Shown piece by piece: positions 37,401 to 43,058 of a stretch of 43,058 bases of DNA (position 1 is its first letter; each line of letters begins with the position of its first letter). Position numbers and translations under genes: made by a program. The notes under the pieces are model-generated. The model did not search any database. It had not been told where the DNA came from and saw only the letters and a program-made list of their open reading frames with translations. The DNA comes from Callorhinchus milii (lineage: Eukaryota), in the NCBI RefSeq assembly GCF_018977255.1, contig NW_024705454.1, positions 1-43,058 on the forward strand. The letters run 5' to 3'.

Positions 37401-38250
37401 GGAGGGCTTTTGCCCTGGAGGAGGCTGTGCACGTTGGGAGGCTGTACCTTGATTGGCAGCTGTGCTATGGGGCAGCAGCTGTTTCCGGGAGATGGCTGTG
37501 TCGGTGCGGGATTGTGGCAGTGGGTACTGTGCCTGGGGATGGTCTGTGACTGGTAGTGGGCTGTAACTTTGGAGTTCGGCTGTCTATCCATCGCACTGTG
37601 TCGGGTTGGGTGCTCTGTGGAGGGACTGTCCTCTGAGGTGTCTCTGTACCCTGGGTGGGTGGCTGTTCCTGTCGGAGCTGTACCATTGTTGGAGCTTGTG
37701 ACCAAGATTAGGCATGAAGCTGTGGTAGGGTCTGTACAGTGGGGATAGGTCGGTGGGCCCTGGGTTTGTTTTGTCTGTGAGAGCTCTACCGGGGGCAGGT
37801 GTGGGGTTTCTGCCGGGGTTGAAGATCGCTGTACCTAGTGGGGAAGCTGTGCCCTCGTTGGTAGGGCAGGGGAAAGAGCGCTGTGCCGGAGGAGGCACCG
37901 ATGTGCCTGAGAAGCAGCTATCGGAGGTGGAGTAGTTGCTGTTACTGGAGAGGTTTGTACCAGGGAGAGCGGTCTTTGTCTGGATCTGCCTTTACCTGGG
38001 GTGGGGATTCCTGTGTGGGTCTGTGTACCCTGGGGGTTTGTTATTCCCTGTGCACGGTTGCTGTGCCATAGGGGAGTCTTCTGTTTTGTATTGTACGACT
38101 GTGCACTGTCGATGGGTTCTGTGCCTTGGGGTGTGGCTGTGCTCTGGCGCTGTGGGTGGGGGCTGTGTCCTCGGGGCGATGTGCTTTGGCCGGAGTTGAG
38201 GTTTTGCTCGTGTCTGTGCCTGGGTTCGTTAGTGTTGTGTGTGATGGTGC
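37400..38250. repeat. Degenerate minisatellite of about 20 bp (ggctgtaccctgggg)
   Basis: gctgt(a/g)cc cores recur at roughly 18-20 nt spacing. Confidence 0.7.
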
Positions 38251-38969
38251 ATTATATACGGCCGCACCTCCCCCCACACGCCCATATACACATACATTCA
38301 AGCAAGAAAAAGCGATATATTAATGCAATTAATAAACAACAATATCTGCATCTGGGAATCTGCCAAAGCGCAATAAACAAATGCTGTAGAACGATATTTA
38401 CCTCTTCGTGAAGTTCTTGTTTGCTTCAGAGTCGTGGCCAATGACTATCGTTGATGAGATACACATAAATATATTTAATGAAGCTCCAAACTATGATGTG
38501 TGGATAATATTCAGCAATGAGTTAGCGACAGAGAAAAATCACACAACATTCTTTCAGTAACACATGCGCATTACTGTATTCTGTCGCAAAGCAGTAAACC
38601 ACTGCCATAGTTTTGGGGGAATCTCCTATCTTTATATAAATTATAATAATCTTATGTAAAGTATAATAATATAATATTAAGGATCATAATATAAAAACTA
38701 TATCCTTCTCTTCCAAACGCAGCTGCAACCGTTATATCTAGCGGTGGAATAAATTGTTAATATTACTGCTAATACCCGGGTTTTCGACTGCATGTAGCTA
38801 ACAGTCATTGAAACAATTATAATGATTATTATTGTTGTTGTATTGTTTTACCGTCCAGAAACCCTCCCAAGGTGACATGCTCCTTTTACTGTATTATTCT
38901 GGATTCCGTTCAATAATCTGCTGGATGTCTTACAGTGATTGTGAGGCAGATGTTTTTTTCTTTTGGCAG

Positions 38970-39293
38970 ATGTTTTGAGGCTGGTGAATGGCGGCAGCCC
39001 GTGTGCCGGGAGAGTGGAGGTTTACCACGATGGACAATGGGGCACAGTGGATGGCTACGGCTCTGGTGACAGTGGTTGGGATATGGCGGACGCGGCTGTG
39101 GTGTGTAAGGAGTTGGGCTGTGGAGCCGCGCTGTCAGCATCAGGAGACGCTCACTTTGGCGAAGGCTCAGATCCCGTTGTGACGTGGGATGTTCGTTGCA
39201 GAGGGAGTGAGTCTACTCTGAGGGATTGTCAGTCACAGCCCTGGGTTGGCTATTCCTGGCCACACACCTATGATGCCGGCGTCATCTGTACAG
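38970..39293 (+). CDS. SRCR gene exon 4: group B SRCR domain 2
   Basis: ttttggcag| ... ACA G|gtaaat, 324 nt. LRLVNGGSPCAGRVEVYHDGQWGTVDGY...DAGVICT. Very similar to exon 3. Confidence 0.95.
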
Positions 39294-39509
39294 GTAAATA
39301 TTTCAGTCTTCGATCATTTTTCTTTTCTCATGTTTTCGGTAAACTACGGATCGAGGAACACTGTTAAAGATTGTGTCCCACAATATGTTAGTTTTTATGA
39401 AATCTGAGAGGAGAGGTTGCGCTCATAGCCCTGTGATAAATATTCCGAATCCAATTCCAATTATGCCGGCGTCATTTGCTCAGTTAAATTAGTTTCTCTC
39501 TGACAATAA

Positions 39510-41950
39510 CCACGTGCTCGGGTTGTGTGCGAGTTGTGAGCAATGGGTGTGTGAGAGAGTTGAGCACAGGGGGCTGAGCATTGCGGGTGTGCACAAACGA
39601 GTGCGTGAAATGGAAATGAGTACAGGATTCGTGAGCACAGGGCGACTGAGCACAGTGGGTGAAAAATGGCAGGGAGCGCATTTTGTGAGCAGAAAGGGAT
39701 TGGGCGCATAGTATCAGCCTATGGTTTTGCAGGTCAGATTTGAAGACATTGAGCGATGGCACAGAGATTTGAGCACAAGGTTTGTTGAGCTCAGGCGGAA
39801 TAGGCACAAGGGGCTTGGGGTGATCACAGAGGGCCGAGAAACATGTGTGCTGAGGAGAGTGCTATGGGTACATTGGGTGTGTGTATGTGTTGGATAAGCA
39901 TGGTTCGTTGAGCGCGTTGGGGGAATGAGCAGAGGGCTTTGAGAACAGGCTTGTTTAGCACAGGAAGTGGAGTACACAGGGGTAAGCTCCATGAAGAGCA
40001 CACGTGGGGCACAGCTGTTGTGCACATGAAGCGTGGTGAGCAAAGGAGGTCAGAGAATAGTGTCAGCGCAAATTATTGTGATCTCAGTAACTGAACGCAA
40101 TCAGCGTGAGCACAGTGGGGGATCTTTTTTTCTTAACTCGAGTGGGGTGAACATAAAGGCAGAGCGTGGATGTTTTGAGCGCCCGGAGGGGAGAGCACAA
40201 AGCGGAGTTGAGCATAGGTGTGGCGAATACAGTGGAAAAAGCACGAGGACGGTGCGCACGCTAGTGGAGTGATCCAGTGTGGGTTTTAGCACACGGGGCT
40301 GAAAAAAAGAGGGGTGAGCACCGGATCTGAGCCCGGGAAGAGTTAGCAAAAAGTGGGGAGGAGAGTGCTGGGTGAATAAAGGTTTGGAGTGCAAATGGAG
40401 TTGAGTACAGTGGGGATGAGCACACAATGATGAGGAGAGATGCAAGGAGAGCACGGGGCGATTCGGTGTGCATCACGGCGATCGGCACAGCTGGGTTTAG
40501 AGCATGGGAATTTTAGGCCGAGAGTGTAGCTGCTTCAAACAATTTGGGGAGCACAGGAGGTGATAATCGGGGAATGCGTATGTGGTGGGAGCACACCGGG
40601 AAGAACAGGGGTTAAACACATTGAGTAGACTACAGGGTTACTGCACATGGGTGGGTGTGAGCACAGTATGGAAGTGTACAGGGGAAGTGGAGCACAGTAT
40701 AGATAAGAAGAGTTGGCTTGAGCACAATGTAGAGCAAAAGGAAGGGGTGAGCAGAGGGGGAGCACTTGTAGGGCAATCCCAGGCTAAGAGCACGCAAGGG
40801 CGAGCAGAAATGGCGGGGAGCAGAGCCACGTGAAGCGTAACAAAGAGGGAGTGTGTACGTTGGGTTCTAAAGACTGGGTGAGGTCATATTGGGGTTGAGC
40901 ACAGTCGGTGGAAAGAGGGCGCAGTTTAAGAGCAGAAGGTGGAGGATTAAGTACAAGTGGAGGTGAGCACAGGCGGAGAAGATAGCGGTATGAGCACAAG
41001 TCGGGTGCTGCATACACGGGAGGTAATCACAAGGCAATGGGCAACAAAGGAGAGTTAATGACGGAGTGGTCATATGGGTGACAAGCAAATGGTGGGAAGC
41101 ACAGGAGGATAAGCACAAAGTGGAATAGCACAGTCGAAATCACAGGAGGGTCACAAGGCGGTGATAAACAGAGTTTGAGCAGACGGAGGGTGAGCACAAT
41201 AGGGGTTCAGCAGAAGACGTGTGTGCGTAGCCGGGGTTTGAGCACGTGTGTGGTGAGCTTCGGTGGGTGTGTGCACAAGGGGCTGAACACAATAAGATTG
41301 AGCACTTGGTGTCCAAGAACAGGGAAGTGGGAGAACATGGCGGAGTGGAAAGCGAGAGAGGATCTGAAGAGAAATGTTTACAGACGATCAGTAGAGAAGG
41401 AACTGAGTACAGTGGGGCTGAGCACAGGGATTGAGAACAGGTGTATGCTGAGAGTACCGGGGTGCGAAATACATTGGGATTGATCACAGCGGTTTGAGAA
41501 AGATACGTTGAGCATCGGGTGAGCGCATTGGGGAACACTGGGGCAGTACACAGGGGGCAGAACCAGGAGTTGCAGACGGTGGGGTGGGGGTGCGTGGAGG
41601 GGCCTGGGGGTTAAGAATAGGATGTCAGTGTAATGGCAATAGAAGGTGAAGCGTGAAAGAGCAGTGGGGATACAGAACCTTGTTGAGTAACAACAAATGG
41701 GCTACTGGTGGGGTGATCAAACAGAAGAATACGGAGCGCTAATACAGGAGGGTGAGAAGAGAGTGTGCAAACAGGAAGCGTAGGCACAGTGGAGTTCAGG
41801 GCAGGGGTTAAGAGCAAGTTGTGTAAGAGCACAAGCTAGTTGAGGACACGTTGGTTGAGCCAAAGTGGGAACAACACAGGGAGAGAGCACAGGGGTGTGA
41901 ACACACGTGGGGTGGTGTTAAACGCGAGGTATTCACAGGCCGTGGGGAAA
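39510..41950. repeat. Degenerate gagcacagggg minisatellite (copy 2, expanded)
   Basis: Same core as 36210-37400. Confidence 0.8.
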
Positions 41951-42271
41951 CAGAAGAGTGAAATCAGGGTGTGATCAACGGCATAGACCAGTTTTGCCGA
42001 ATTAACTGTTTCAGTGCTGTATATTCTAGTGTATTCTAAGGCCTACCCAGTGTCACAGCTTCACTCTTAAACCGATGTGACACGTCCTCGGCTAACTCCT
42101 TGTCACACATCCTCTTCTAACCGATTTGCGCACCTCCGCTGCTGAACCAGCGCCACAACTACTCTGCTAACGCAGTGTCACACCTCCGCAGTTTGTGATG
42201 GTACAGATGTTGTTGATTGTAAATATGATTGAAGTTGCGGCTGTGGAAAGTGTATTGTATGTACATGGCAG

Positions 42272-42523
42272 GAGTTAAGCCCCGCAGACTTGTGAATGGA
42301 GGGACCCGGTGTGCGGGGAGAGTAGATCTGTACAGCAATGACACTTGGGGGACACTCTGTGGAGACACCGCGAGCATGAAGATTGCTGGAGATATTTGCA
42401 ATTATTTGGGATGTGGATTTGCTGTAACAGGCTCAGGTGACGTTCGCTTTGGAGAAGGATCGGGGCCTGTGTTTGGTCGGCCTGACTGCGGACACGGACT
42501 GGACGGAGGCATATGCTGTTCGG
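42272..42523 (+). CDS. SRCR gene exon 5: shortened SRCR domain 3; the gene probably continues beyond the window
   Basis: ggcag|GAGTT. RLVNGGTRCAGRVDLY..TWGTLCGD...ICNYLGCG...FGEGSGPVFGRPDCGH.LDGGICCS. Putative donor G|gtgtag gives 252 nt, phase 1-1. Both splice sites are weak. Confidence 0.75.
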
Positions 42524-42713
42524 GTGTAGATCACAACTACAACAACGTTCGATTGATATGGGTCGGGGTGGGGTGGGGGGAGTAGGACCAATGGAATTTT
42601 AATTTGGGGATTGTTGGCAAATTCACCAGGAAAAGAATCCCTTCCGTTATTGAATATCGTCATGAGATTTGTTACTACTACCTGAACAGGCAGTCAAGGC
42701 TACACGCAACTCC

Positions 42714-43058
42714 AGCTCACACTGACCCCGAGCTCACACTGACCCCGAGCTCACAATCATCCCGAGCTCACACTGACCCCGAGCTCACACTGACCCGGAG
42801 CTCACACTGACCCCGAGCTCACAATCATCCCGAGCTCACACTGACCCCGAGCTCACACTGCCCGAGCTCACATGACCCGAGCTCACACTGACCCGAGCTC
42901 ACACTGACCCCGAGCTCACACTGACCCCGAGCTCACACTGACCCCGAGCTCACACTGACCCCGATCTCACAATCATCCCGAGATCAAACTGACCCCGAGC
43001 TCACACTGGACCCGAGCTCACACTGACCCGAGCTCACACTGACCCCGAGCTCACACTG
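42714..43058. repeat. 17-bp minisatellite (gagctcacactgacccc), about 20 copies, runs off the window end
   Basis: Near-perfect tandem units with a recurring variant gagctcacaatcatccc. Confidence 0.95.

Noticed and set aside
36210..41950. Numerous CACAG(TG) RSS heptamer-like words
   Set aside because: Part of the gagcacag minisatellite; I saw no nonamers at 12/23 spacing and no V/D/J coding flanks.

Overview
Vertebrate genomic DNA, most likely a cartilaginous fish and probably a holocephalan (chimaera/elephant shark). This is inferred from the tRNA-SINE/L2/CR1 repeat set and the two-exon GPR139-like receptor. The window is repeat-rich and most listed ORFs are microsatellite noise, but it holds an immune gene neighbourhood. 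(1) A two-exon GPR139/GPR142-like GPCR (+) with a GC-AG intron and one homopolymer frameshift. (2) A decayed TCR alpha/delta-type V segment (-), absent from the ORF track, whose 23-RSS is separated from it by a SINE. (3) An intronless PSMB11 (thymoproteasome beta5t) pseudogene (-). (4) The 5' five exons of an open-frame CD163/WC1-like group-B SRCR gene (+). Its first two domains lack the C2-C7 disulfide, and domain 2 carries the WC1 a1-type WGTVDGY motif. Between these lie an L2 LINE sharing its 3' tail with the dominant SINE, CR1 fragments, several satellites, two tandem arrays of promoter motifs (about 170-bp and 47-bp periods) and tandem decayed coding-like blocks of unknown family. All homology calls are from recall of the families; no searches were run.
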